From Adineta vaga (taxonomy: Eukaryota; Animalia; Rotifera), in contig CP075493.1 in assembly GCA_021613535.1 (NCBI GenBank), positions 8,494,001 to 8,558,000 of the forward strand: a stretch of DNA of 64,000 bases, given 5' to 3'. Under the pieces are notes generated by a model. The model had not been told where the DNA came from, did no database searches, and saw only the letters and a program-made list of their open reading frames with translations. Shown here in pieces: positions 10,660 to 25,460 of the stretch. The position numbers were made by a program, and so were the translations under genes. Within the stretch, counting starts at the first letter, position 1; every line of letters begins with the position of its first letter.

Positions 10660-13233
10660 TTAATCTTGTAGAAAAGTAATCAAATTTTGAAGAAGCTCAA
10701 GAAATCGATTGATTTGATTATTATCAATAAGAAGTGTCCAATTGAAATAGGCAAGTTCATTTTGTAATCGTTTAATGACATTTTCTAATTGATTTAATTT
10801 ATTTCTATGTGTTAGAATATATTTCAAAATATATGGATGTACAAGATAACCATGTTTTATTTGTTTAAGAAAGATTTCAATTTTCACGGAACGTTTCAAT
10901 TGATTTAATTGTTCAATGAAACCTAATGGTCGACTCGAACTATATTGATAAACTAAATTTTTAAATAAATAACGACGTTTTTCTTCCTCATCTTCATTTT
11001 CATCGAATTGTCGCCATAATTGTTGCATTTCAGCTTGACCATAAATACGATCATATTCACAAAGTTTACAATCACATTCTTCAATATAATATTCTCGTAA
11101 ACGAAGTGTTCGATCAATATATGAAGTATAAACATTTGGTAAATAACAAATCGTTAATTCTTCACCTATTTCAATTGGTTTCAATACACTTAGAAAACAA
11201 ACATGATTGATAATCAAATAGAAACAATTCGGTAAACATGAATGATTAAATCGAGCTAATTTTGTCCATAAACCATTACCAATAACATTACGCTCATAAA
11301 TTTCTATTAAAACTTTGTATGGAAGAAGATAATAATCTTCTTCTTCCGATTTTTTTCTCAATGGTCGTTGACGTAATGGTGTGAGATGAGATAATTTTTC
11401 AATGTAATGTTTTTGATCAAGAAGTATGCGTGTTTCAATTTGTTTCAATAATTCTAACGAGGGTTGTCGAAGATATCTTCCACCATGTGACCTACTTTCA
11501 TCGGTAATTCGATGTTCGGCTTTTTGTGTTAAAGAAAATGTTATTAAATGAGATGGATCATCGACTAAGACTTCATTTGGTGTACCTGGAACATCGGCAA
11601 TCGGTCGTTCAACAAGTAATAATGTTCCTTGTTTTAATGGACATAATGCAAACATACCAAAACCTTTTTCCTAAAGGAAAACAAACAACAACAACAATTT
11701 TTTGATTTGTTTTCTATTTAATCTCTTACTTCTTTTTCACATTGTCGAAATTCACAAACACCTTGGCGTTCAAATTCGGCTAGAAATTCATCGGAACGTT
11801 TATTTCGATTGGTTAATAATTCAAACATATCATAATTTCCTTGAATTTCATTTTGTAAACGTGGTATATCACAATCAAGTATACGTCGAAAACGATCAAG
11901 AATTTCATTCGATGATGATACATCTTGTGTACATTCTAATAGAGAACCAATTGATAATTTTGCTTGATCAAATAATTGTAAACCAATTAATGCACGCATT
12001 TTACGATAATGAATTTTCCAAGTAAATGTTCCATCGGTATTCTCTTCTGTTGGATTATTTGTACAAATTTCTAATATATGTTCACAATCAGTAAGAGCTA
12101 AATGAGGTAATTGACTTTGAAGATAACATTCAGCACGATTACTTAATATTCGTGTATCATTTGGACTTTTTTCTAAACCCTGAGAATAATATTCAATAGC
12201 ACCATATACATCATTATTTCGAAAACATTTGTTACCTAAATCACGTAATTTCTCAGCATTCATATGTTCAATTTCTTTTTCATAATCTGTAAACCACATT
12301 TCAAGTCGAGGATTATCTACTCGTAAGATTAATAAACCATCAGCAGCCATTTTAATAAATGGATGTCCAATTATAAAATGTCTTTCACGTTTCATTCGAT
12401 TTCGTATATGTTCACTTGATTGATCAGCTAATATCGTATACCAATTATATATTGCTAAACGTATGACATTCTTATTTTCATCTTCAACTATTGATTGAAT
12501 CGATCGTGGAGTTATCAATGGTTCGACAATGGAATGAACATGTAACATGGAACCTTTATGTACACGATTGATTTTTGTTTCTTTAAGATTAATCTTTGTC
12601 ATTGACATTAAACGACTATAGATTTGTTGTTTGGAAAGAAATGATAATGAACGATATTTTAATTGAACATCAAATGCATAGGGAATAACATTATAATCTT
12701 CGAGTGTAAACGCATTACTGTAACGTTCAAATGAAAGTAGTAAATCTTTTCGAGAACATAATTCTTGAAAAGGACGAGAATTTAATTCTGTTGCATAGAT
12801 TCCTGTTGGTGCTGCAAGTAAACGATCAACGATATGAAATGGTGAGGTACTTTTATCCTCATGTGTTATCGAACGTTGAGATATTGCTGTCAAACGTCGT
12901 GCTGTTCGTGCAGCTTTCTTATTATTTTGACATTGTCGTGCAAAATAGAAAGCTAAATTTGTCATATCAATATTGGGTAACAATTGTGATAAATCAGCAA
13001 ATTTAATTAATTGTCGTCGATGTTCATCACAACAAACATGAGTTGGCATTTCAAAACTCGATGGATCGATTTGTTTGATCCTATTGAGAAAAAACAACTC
13101 GTTTCTTGAATTTTATTTAAGTGGGAAAAAATTCCTTCAACTCATTCAAAATGAGAGACCTCTTTTTCTTTTTCATAGTTTCAATACTTGATTTTTTGAA
13201 TAGAAACAAATAGTTTACATACCTTTGAAACAT
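10660..13233 (-). CDS. TPR + SET domain protein (N-terminal beta domain, TPR repeats, SET, post-SET), ~790 aa, 3 exons
   Basis: TPR motifs AEKLRDLGNKCF...AIEYYSQGL and LSNRAECYL. SET motifs KGFGMFA, RFNHSCLPN and GEELTICY. Post-SET CDCKLC. The intron at ~11730-11671 is phase 0. The first exon (ATG 13233, donor gtatgt) is inferred; ATG 13176 is an alternative. Confidence 0.85.
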
Positions 13234-14945
13234 TATTTGTCAATATATAAATTCTTCTAAAAATATTCAATTTCTTCTTTCAGTATCTGTACTAATCACA
13301 GTGAACTTGTTGTTGGAAGAAATCGATGAGTAAGAATATGAAAAATTAAATCGTTTTGATATGTTCCTCAGTTGGGAAGAAAAAGAAACGAAAAATAAGA
13401 ACACCTGTGATTGGTTATATGAAAGATCGATTCATAAACTGGAAGGCTATACTCAATCTGAATGGTCGAGAAAAACTCCAATTTTATTTGATTCAGTTTT
13501 AAATTTTTCGTTGTTAATTTAATGAAATATATTTCTTGATTTCATGAACAAAAACTGATAGATTTATAATCATATGATTCGAAATTTCTTTTCTTCTCTC
13601 TTCTGAAGAATATTTTTTCCCAAACTTCTACTTGTACCGTCGTTTCAATATTGCTAGAATGACGTGTATACTTATTCGACGCATTATGTCTACCGTTTAC
13701 TTATTAGAAGAGAAAGAGAAAGCGTATTAGTAAGAATAATATGAGAGAAATAAAGAGAACAAAAAAACAGTCAAAGACGTGTAATCGTATTATTCATACA
13801 AGTTAGTAATCGCTGTTCTTCACATCGTGAAAGTTCTAGAGGTAGGTGAAATTACTTATACTGTTTCAATGGATTACTCTGTGCATGAGTATTCTGACAA
13901 GAAAATATGCTTCTTCTTCTTCTTCTTCTTCTTAATGTGAGTCATTGTTTGCAATAGAGAATCGAGATTTTATTATGCAGTATTTTATGAATCATTTTTT
14001 TAAGACTGTTAATCGAGATACTTCTTTTCTTTTTTTGGAATATTCGATTTCATAGAAATATTCAGTGTAAGGTTGAAAGAGAGAATACATAATTTAATTT
14101 GAATAAGTCGACATTAAAATTTCAAATGATAGTCAATATTTTATCTCGAAATGAAATGAAACAAAGAAATATCTGTAATGCTTAAAATTTTTCTGTATTT
14201 TTCTAAAAATGATCAGTTTAAAGATTCATCCATTTTTATCAAATCACTAATCAATAACCAACATTGATAGTCTTCATTTTTTGGTCTTTTACATTTTAGA
14301 GTGAAACTCTCACCAGACCCCTTTTTTCATGACTCATAGATTTATGATTCATTTTCACTCTGGGGAAAAGTATTGAGTACATGTATGTTAATAGTGAAGT
14401 ATTCAACGACATCTAATCATAGATTTTGAAAACGATTTCTTTTGCATTAAAAGATATTTGAATGTACGTTTTAATAAAATTTTATTTCGATATCATCAAT
14501 CATGGATAAAATGTGAGTAAAGAGTTTTTGTAAAATGAAAAACAAACACGACTCTACATGAACAGAATAAGAGACAGAAGACAAATCGAAGATATTTCTC
14601 GAAAGACCTACGTAGATCAGTCAATGATAATCCAATCGTCTTTAGTTGTATATACTGAAATATAGAATATATGTTTGTTTCTATTTTACATGCATTGTCC
14701 AAACGAAAAAAGGGCAGAATTTAATGGCAAAAACACCACAGATCGACGTTTACTAAAATATTAATAATTAGACCGTCTTCTATAGAATACGCACTCATTA
14801 TCAATATTTTCGATCCTTTCTTTCTGTGATTTTTTTGATAATCACTTATATTAGAGTAACTGGATTACAAAATAGAATACGTTCAAACATATTAAGCGGA
14901 TGTGACCCTTTCAGCAATAGAAGAAAACGGCAATTGTACCAAAAA

Positions 14946-17381
14946 TCAAGTATAGATGCGAACGAATGCCTTTACTGTAGCTCTGCATATTGGACATGTT
15001 TTCAAACTATGACCACAAGCTACGCAACTTGTTAAATGACCGCATGGCAAACATGCAACCTGGCGTTCGGTCGACAAACAAAGTACGCAGAGTGATGGTT
15101 CTTCTGAAAAAGAAAAGAAATAGATGAGAAAATTAATTTTCGTCAATAAAGTCATACCTGTTTTACTGAGTAAAATCGGAGGTCGATTAGCAACTTTTGC
15201 AATGATTTTCGGAGTGTCAATACAAACTGTTTTGATTGTTTGTTGTTTGAGTTCATTTTTTGGAGTGTCAGCCCTACTTTCTTGATTATCGAGAAAATTT
15301 TTTATCCAATTCTGTGGAATCAAAATATTAGTCTCATTTCCATTGATTAATTTGACCTGTTTATCTAAAACTAGGCATGCTACACGAAGATCAACATCGG
15401 TTTTGAAGTCATCCTCTAAAATAACAAGAGCAATAGGAATATTTCGAAACTATGTTAAGACAAATTTACTCTTGAATCGAAGTTGCATTTCATAAACTTT
15501 TCTGAGAAAAGAAAAAAATGTAAATAAATCAGTAATCATTCTTCTTATTACAAGTACGAATTTACCGAATGATGGCCATACTATAACCTTCTTGTCGAAG
15601 TTTTTCGACAACTGGTAAATCAAGACGAGCTTTTACCATTCGATCGATTTCGTCATTTGTCCATGGAACGTATTGAGATGTTCCACTTGTGTTACTAGCT
15701 TGTAAATTTTGTTGTGCTAAATTTGAAATACGTAAAAGGAAGTCATTGTCGCTTTTTTTCTTACCACGTAATTCACGATTTTTACGTTGAATGGCTTGAT
15801 AGAGATTTTCACCAATATACTGGCGAATATAAGCACATTGAGGAAACCACCTCGCGTGTTCAATTTTTGGATCATCGGAGGCTTGCCAATTACGTAATGC
15901 TCCATTACAATAAAAACACCTTACAATAGTTTTATCTCCTACAAAAATGAGTTCATGTAATGAAATTTACTTTAATAATTTTAGTTCAATAAAACCTGTA
16001 TAAAGAATCCGGCATCGACGAATGATTCAGTCGATGGTAGTGTCGATTTGTCAGATTCTGGCCAAGTTTCAAACGATTGATGACGACGAACGACTAATGA
16101 ATAGTTGGCATGTACAGCACCAACAATTGTTTGACCATTAGGCGTTTCATTGATCGTTTGATTCGTAACAGTTATTGGTCTCGGATTATTTGTAAGTTTG
16201 TTTTCGTTCATACGTACATAATAACATTGTGGAGATTTCAAACGATGAATTTCATATGGACGATCTGTTTCAGTCCAATTGTGAAACATTGTATTACAAT
16301 GGATACAGATTACTCTGTCAGCTATATTTGTATACCACCAGCCTGCATAAACCATTTCTTGAGCACTAGGTGTAATCGATGGCCAGTTCGAGAAGGTATA
16401 AGTTCGAGCGCGATCAATAATTTCAGTCGATAATGAATGAATAAATAGGTTTTCAAGAGTTGATTTTGTATGGTCCCTATGTTCATCACTAGCACCACCA
16501 CCGTGATCCATAAATCCTCTATAATCAGAGTAGGAGATATGAGTACGAGGTATTGTTGATTTCGGTACTGATATTGATTGATCTGAATATATATATATAG
16601 AGAGAAAAACAAATGTGACCAAGTTTCAGGTTGAATAATTTGCATACAAATACTTCAATACTGACACTAAGATACTAGTATTACTGTTTATTGAAATACT
16701 TTTTACAAAGTATTTTAATAAAGATTAATATCTTTACCTATGTGTATTAGTACATGTATAGTATGAATGATTTTTCATATTGAAACGGCAGATTTTTAGA
16801 TTTGGAATTTAATTTTAGTCGGAAGAATTCTACTATACGCATTCGTGGATTAGCAAGAAATAATTGTCTACATATATGTGATATTCTAGATAATGAAAAC
16901 CGGATTAATTCAACTTATACGATCATTTAAGATCAGAAGAAGAATATTAACTATATTTTCTCATGAACTACTTCTATTCAAGTCATTCGTTCTGATCGAT
17001 ATCTGTTCTTCGAAAAGTAATGAAGTAAACAATAACAAACAATGGCATACCTTTTTTCGAAAATATTTCAATTTGATCCTTGACGAATGAACACTTAGGA
17101 CTTCGTTCCATATGTTCTTGCTTCGGATCCATTCCTGGTTTCCATGAATCAATTTCCAGATTACAAGAATCACATCGAACTTTATCACCTTTTCCAGTGT
17201 AAGAAAAGCCAACTTTAGAAAGTAAGGCAGGCGACACATTGCATTGTGTATTTGTTTTCCATAGGCGAAATGTTGCTAAACGACAGAGGTCTGGTTTTGT
17301 TCGACGAATTTGTCGAAGAATTGTTTGATTAGATGGATTTGATGGTTTGTTATGCTCGACAGATTGAAGTGCAATTGCCAT
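14946..17381 (-). CDS. Inhibitor of apoptosis protein (3 BIR + UBA-like + RING); apparent 1-nt frameshift in BIR3
   Basis: BIR1 RLATF...VRCDSC...EHMERSPKC; BIR2 RTYTF...VICIHC...IHRLKSPQC; BIR3 VRCFYC...EHARWFPQC. C-terminal IAP RING CVLCLSTERQVACLPCGHLTSCVACGHSLKTCPICR. The start codon is uncertain. Confidence 0.9.
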
Positions 17382-18564
17382 TTTTTTGGTTAGTTTTGGT
17401 GAGGATGATGAGCCTCGATTTTGTTTTGGCACGTCTTCTAAGTCTAACAAGAAAAAAAGAGAAATTATCAATTGAGCTGACCATGTGCTTTTTGTATGGA
17501 GTATTTAACTACATTTTTCTTTCAGATGTTTTGTGTTTAGAAAAAGAAAAAAACAAGACTTGTTTGTTTTCTTCATAGTTACAAGCAGCTTAGTGTAGAG
17601 AACGTAAAAAAAGAGAATTCTGTATTTCCTCTCATTCGAATTCGAAATATTGTAGTGGGAAAAATGAATTCAATACTATTAATCTCTTACAAAAGAAAAT
17701 TTTATCACTGGGAAAAAAACAAAATTAATTTCCAAAACTGTTTTTCATTGGTTAGTTTCAAGAATAAATTAAGCAATCAGATTAGAAAAGAATCCCTCCC
17801 TAGAAGTCTCTAGTATCCAAGTCATATTCTTAGAATGATTCTTTTTCTTCGTAATAATTGACTCAATTGCACTCACAACTTCTAAAAATAGTATAAATCT
17901 GAAACGTACTATTAGATTGGTACACACAAAAGGCAAATAAGGTCATTTTTTCGTGTGTATATGAAACTAACCATCATACTATTATAAATGCAAAGGCTCA
18001 AGAAAATTGCTTTGTAGGAGTGTAAGCAAGACAATGTTTTTCTCAATTTAAATCATTTATATATCTGTGTCATTTCAATATATGAATCAAATCAAATATG
18101 AACTGGTTCAAATGTTCAAAAACCTACTTTACTAAATATATATATATATATAACTTTCAAATATTATTTCGCATTCATACTATTACTCAATAACGAATTA
18201 CTAATTTTGTCGTGTTTATTCTCTAAATATTAATAATTTGAAGAAAACAATGATTTATATATGAATAATCAGATACAATGAATCATCTCATACTCATTCT
18301 GAAACTCAATCGAAATCGACGAATAATAGTTAGCCACGTTAACAATATACAATAAGCTTATATTTTCGATGAAAATTATGAAATTCTATATTTTTTCTGG
18401 TCACATTGTTTGGTGTTGGCTTATGTTACAACAGTGTGTGTATCTTGTGAAACAGTAATTTTCGCAATTAAAATCTAATATTACAACATCATATTATGAA
18501 AGAATCGAATGAAACTATTTGATTACCACATAAGATCCAGTCTTCATGATAATACTGGAGCAAT

Positions 18565-19030
18565 CGTAAGGCATCCTCAAAACCTGAACTCGGCTTAGGA
18601 AAGTTTAAATGGACTGAAATTTGGAGCATATGTTAGGGCTGAAGTGCGGAGTCTGTGGTAAAAATTTCAGCTCGATATCATTGTTTTTCAGAGATATGAT
18701 GCAAACTAGGCTAAAAAGTAGGTCATTTTATTTCCAAGATTTCTCGATCCGTAGCCATGGTAGACTTTTTCTTACCAAAAAAAGCATCTCAGGATGCAGG
18801 GCAATGAAGAGCCCTTTTTTTTTTAAATTCTTACTTTTTCATCGAAAAAAAGGCATCAGAAGTTCAATGACCTAAAAAAAATGGGTGTTCAATAATATAG
18901 ATAAGTGATTCTTTAATAAAAACAAAGATTAATTAAAAAAATGACTCTTCAGTGCTCTGCATTTGACATGCTCTATCAAACAAAAAAAGGCATGCATGGA
19001 ATCCTGACCGAGATATCTTGGAAATATAAT
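18565..19030. mobile_element. Degenerate non-autonomous DNA-transposon-like (MITE/foldback) remnant with internal inverted repeat
   Basis: Locally higher-GC non-coding block in a long intergenic gap. Imperfect inverted repeat arms at ~18728-18829 and ~18931-19029. The boundaries and target-site duplication are not identified. Confidence 0.45.
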
Positions 19031-21149
19031 TAAGAAATCACAAACGGAGGGAAAACGAAAAAGATTTTGGATTTTCTACAAAAAAAACATGGTACTTCAA
19101 TAGAAACCATAAAAGTTTTTCAGGAAAAAAGAGGTTTCGAGAAAAAACTTCATGCTTTTCGAAAGATCCAAAGACGGACTATCTTCCCATGCATTTATCT
19201 CACTTTCAGAGTGATGATAAAATCCATTTACAGATACAATTTCATCCCGAAATGTTTTCATCAATATAGTAAAAAAAAGAAGGTATTTTTGGCATGCAAA
19301 TAATTTACGTGGGATGGTTGATGAATGAATTCTGTGTTAAAATAATTATTAGAAAATTACAAAGTAAATAAACTACAATGTTCACATGTTTGAATAAACG
19401 ATATATCTATTCCATCCTTTAGAAAAAAAATGTCAAAATACCTTTATCAAACACGTGTATTTACTTCCTTTCTTTCTTCCTAACTCACCTATGCTGAAAA
19501 AAGAAATGTAATAATGCTACCAAAATATTCGCAAGTTTGATTCGAAAAATGCTTAAGATGATACATAAATCTATAGCATACAAAAATATGTCATCAGATT
19601 TATCGACAATGCACTCTTAATCGTTTCGATAAGTGAATTTTCGTCGATCAACCTTGATGATTTAGTGCAGTTTTAGATCTTCAATTATTCTCTCAAAGAT
19701 TTATTAAACGAATATGCCAAGAACAAGTCGTGAAATTTTATTTTTGCAGAGAAAAATGCGTCTTACCTGTATTAGTTATAAAACTAAATAAAGCGAGCAT
19801 TTTTCCCAGTTCTCTCGTGCTTTGCTTTTTCTTTCACATAAAAATAATAATAGATTAAGCACAAATGTATTTTACAATGTATTGTATTCTCTCCGAAAAT
19901 TTGTATAGACGATACAGTTCCCTTTTCAAAAACCTCTTAAACAATGAAACCAAATATGAAGTGATTTACATATGAAATTGAATTAACATTGAGTAACTAA
20001 AACGTTTTATTTCTTATTCATAATTGGTTACCATCATGAAACGATCATATGGGCATTCGTATGTCTTCTTCTCGAACATTAGAAAGAAGATTAAGCAGAA
20101 AGAAAAACTACTCACATTTTTATAAGAACAAGTATGTCGTTGATACAAATAGATATTGAAATTCTTTATTCTGTCAGTATCCAATTCTAGAGATTATATT
20201 CTAAATATAGAAATTGTAGATAAAAAAATTTCCTTTTCAAACTAGTTTAAGGCATCGTGTCAGTTTGCCCATACCAATGTACTTTTTTGCGATCGTTGTG
20301 CCATAACATAGACAAAGAACGACGACTGGGTTTTTTCCCAGTCAATATTTTATTCTGCTACGATAGGAACACAAAAATTTCTTTCATTATAGATGATATT
20401 TCGTATCAAGATCTAATGTAGTCTTTACATTGTTAGCTTGAAGTCTTTTGAAAAATTGTTCAAATATTAGTAGTTTCAACATATGTATATTCTTGCTTTC
20501 CTTTTTTGCCGATTTATTTGTCGCTGAAAACGACAAATAAAAGAATATTAAGTCGTAAGTAACACGTCAAGTACTATGTTTTTATCTTGATGTGATAGAT
20601 ATATTTGTTTAGATTGAATACGATCTTCGACACACGCGGCCGTAAATAAGTAATGAGACTGTTAGTATTTATATTTGAATCATTTGATATGTATTATGTT
20701 ATAAAACAAATACATGACAAAAGGACATGGGCGGCTTTGTTCGAGAATGTAGCTGGAGTCAGGATACTCACACCTTCAGCAGAAGATATCTTAGCCAGTC
20801 ATTCATTATATCCATTCACGAAATTGGAATAATTGAATTTTGAATCATTTTTTTTTCTATTTATGTAAAATCAAAGAAAAAGAGCAAAGCGTGAAGGAGA
20901 ACAAAAAAATGTAAATTAGTTGTTTTTCACAGTTGTGTACTTTGTACGAACAACCTGAAAGTCAACGAAATACAAAAAATGCATCAAACATGTTTTTCTA
21001 ATCGAACAAAAAGAATCACAAGATAGAGGATGTTAGTCAATCATATATATTAGAAAACGAAAAACAGAAGAAAAGTTGACTTTTACTGATGCAAGTTAGA
21101 TCGAATCATTGCATCATTACATCTGCTTTTGTTATTCCGTATAAATGAC

Positions 21150-22646
<1,497 letters not shown>

Positions 22647-23229
22647 GGTTGCTTTTCTTCTCTCTCACTATGCACAGTTTATATGTAGAAATGTTTAAAT
22701 GTGTATGTATTTTATATGAAAACAAAGGCGAGTTTACTTTTTGATAGTACCTATCTAATCGAATGTAAAGATGATCGAAGAAGGGTGATTCTCTTTCTGA
22801 CTATACTTATCTTTAGATTTTAAATCTATATACGTCTGTATTTTACATGAGAAAATGAAAGAAAGAAGGAAAAGAAAAGAATCTGATCATACTAAGGTAT
22901 GATGAGTCATTCATTTGGCCACTACTATTCCGGTCTCTTTTGAGCCATTTGAACATAGTTGATGCTCATGATTATCATTTTTCAAATGTGATTTATTATG
23001 GTATAAATAGACAAAATTTCACATGTATATATACAAGATTAAAATGGAAATTGAATCCACGAAAAAGAAATGAGAGTGAGAGAGAGAGAGTAAATGAACT
23101 GTCACAGACGAATAGTACATAAAAATACAAAAATAATCTTTTGATTTAATATCAATAAAAACGATTGAATCTGAGAAAAGACATTGGTTAATAAACTGTG
23201 CTAATTGACTAGATGAACATAAACAAGTC

Positions 23230-25089
23230 CTATTTGGTAAGACTAAAACGTGTTGCTTTAGCTGACAGAAACCCATGTAAATGGAAGACGAATGGTTTTG
23301 GTGATGTTTCGAAATATAATTCCTAATTAAATTTTAAAAAAATGTACTAGCAAAATTTAGATTTTTTTACATACCATTATACCTTCTTCGCCATGAAAAT
23401 CTAATGTAAGTAAATGATTATTATCATCCGATGATGAACGAAGTTTTTCAAAGGATTCTTTCCATAATAAACGGACATTGGTGTGAGTATTTTCAGAATC
23501 ACTATATAAAGTGAAGCCATCTTCATAATGTAAATGTAATTTACATAAACGATTATTCCATGTACAAGCTAAAAATTAACATCAATGCATGAAAGATATT
23601 CAATTTTGAAGAAAACGATTTCTTTCACATACGAAAAATAACTTCTTGAACACGTAAAACTGCATTTTGTGTACATTGAGTCATTGCATTTGTCCAGTAA
23701 TCTAGATCCAATTTAGTTTCAAGTCGAAGTGTATGTGTTACAATACCAAATTTAGTTCCAACACGTAATGTTATTAAAGAAATATCAATATCAACTGATG
23801 CATCGTAAATCGATGGAATTAATCTTAAAATCAAAGTAAAATTCCTTTGATAAATTATAGTTTTCTTTTCGTATTACCTGCTCGATAGAATTGGATAGCT
23901 CGTATTTGTTTCACGAGATGTTTGTCTTGCTTCTGCTGCTGGTGGATGACTCAAAAGACATAAATCAAATTCTGTCAAAATGAAAAATACAGGTCGCCAT
24001 GATTTAATTGTTGTAACTTCATCATAATTGACTTGTTCAGCAAACCATCCTAATGCTTTAACTTCACTATTGTCACGTTCAATATAGAAACGTTCTTCAA
24101 TTTCAGGTAACATTTCCAAAAGACAACGAGAAATTTTTGCATGAATTATATAGAACCATTTTCGTGCATACATATCATCAACAAAACGAATACTATAACA
24201 TGTTTGAGTCGATGGTAAAATAATATCTAGGATAGCTCCATTGGTTCCATTTGTTAATAAAGGTGCTATTGTTGCTGGAGACGAAGAAAAGGAAAAAAGA
24301 ATCATATCAGTAGCTGATGTTGATCGACGAAAAACATAACAGAGACGAAGAGATATACGTTTTGTTTCGTAACGAATTGAATCATTGGATGATTGTGGAG
24401 ATGTACTTCCTAAAAGTCGTCTAGGACCTAAATCATTTAGATTATCTTGAGATTGTTGTTGTTGTTGCTTTCGAGATGATAAAGTTGTTTGCTTTTGCAT
24501 TAAAACATTAACTTCTCGTAGATATCGAACTAAAAACATTTCTTTGATGTATTATTTGTTTTCCTTCGAGACAAACTAACCTTCAAGTTCAACTTCTTTC
24601 CCTGTTTTTTTTAATATCTGCACAGCTTCTTCATGTGAAACATGTTGTAAATCTTTACCATTGACAGAAAGTATAGCATCACCAACATACAATAGTCCAG
24701 TTTGATCAGCAGGCATATTTGGAAAGATTTTACTAATTAATATCGGCATACGATTTTCTCGTCCTCCTTTAATACTTATTCCTAAGGGAGTACAAAACAC
24801 ATTCATATATGAATTAAACTACAATGTTTTTTTTTCCAAAAATTTTATTCTTACCAAGACCAGTATTATCTGGTTTAGATATTTTTATGAGACGTTTTTG
24901 ACTGCTCACATTGTTAGATGTATTATGAACATTGGAATTTGTTTGTTCAGTTGAAACTTGTTTGTCATATTCATATTCAATGAAAAGATTGTCATCTTCA
25001 AGTGCTAAATTTGCTTTAAGCCATTTAGAATTGACATAAAGTTCAACAACAGCACGTTGCTGCTCTGCTAATGGTGATTCTACTGTCAT
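23230..25089 (-). CDS. Syntrophin (split PH - PDZ - PH - SU domains)
   Basis: [25 protein letters not shown]...[14 protein letters not shown]2 LGWFAEQ...[13 protein letters not shown]-terminus [19 protein letters not shown], with stop TAG at 23230. Confidence 0.93.
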
Positions 25090-25460
25090 TCGATCGTTTT
25101 GTTAAAGAAACTATCGATGAAATGAAACTGAGTCTCTAGTTGTCGATGACATTGATTTGTTTATTTATTATTTATTTTCTGAATGGATTGATTGCATCAA
25201 CCAATCGATAGAATTAGATAAAATAAGGATTAAAATAAAGATTAATTTCCATCGGAAGAAAAAAAAAACACTTTTTATTTATTAAATAAGAATATATTGT
25301 AAGAAAAGCGACATCTATTAAACGAGATATACATTTGTAATTTTGATCATTTGTCCTAGAGAAGTGATCAAAGATCATATCGCAGACTATAGATAGATCA
25401 GTTTTCATGTTCTAAACTAAATTAATATCCTTTGTGTTTTTAGATCGTTTCAAAAGACCC

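Noticed and set aside
11702-13006. Antisense/overlapping ORFs from the track (e.g. 11702-12025, 12731-13006, also 40507-40869 and 42358-42747)
   Set aside because: Shadow ORFs of real genes or F/L/I/K-rich low-complexity translations, many with non-ATG starts.
14298-14361. 9-bp inverted repeat AGAGTGAAA/TTTCACTCT
   Set aside because: Too short, with no TSD or second copy seen.
19550-19750. Faint similarity to a hAT transposase C-terminus (DLLNEYAKNKS*NFIF)
   Set aside because: Very short, interrupted by stops, and lacking the SxERxFS motif; cannot be distinguished from chance.
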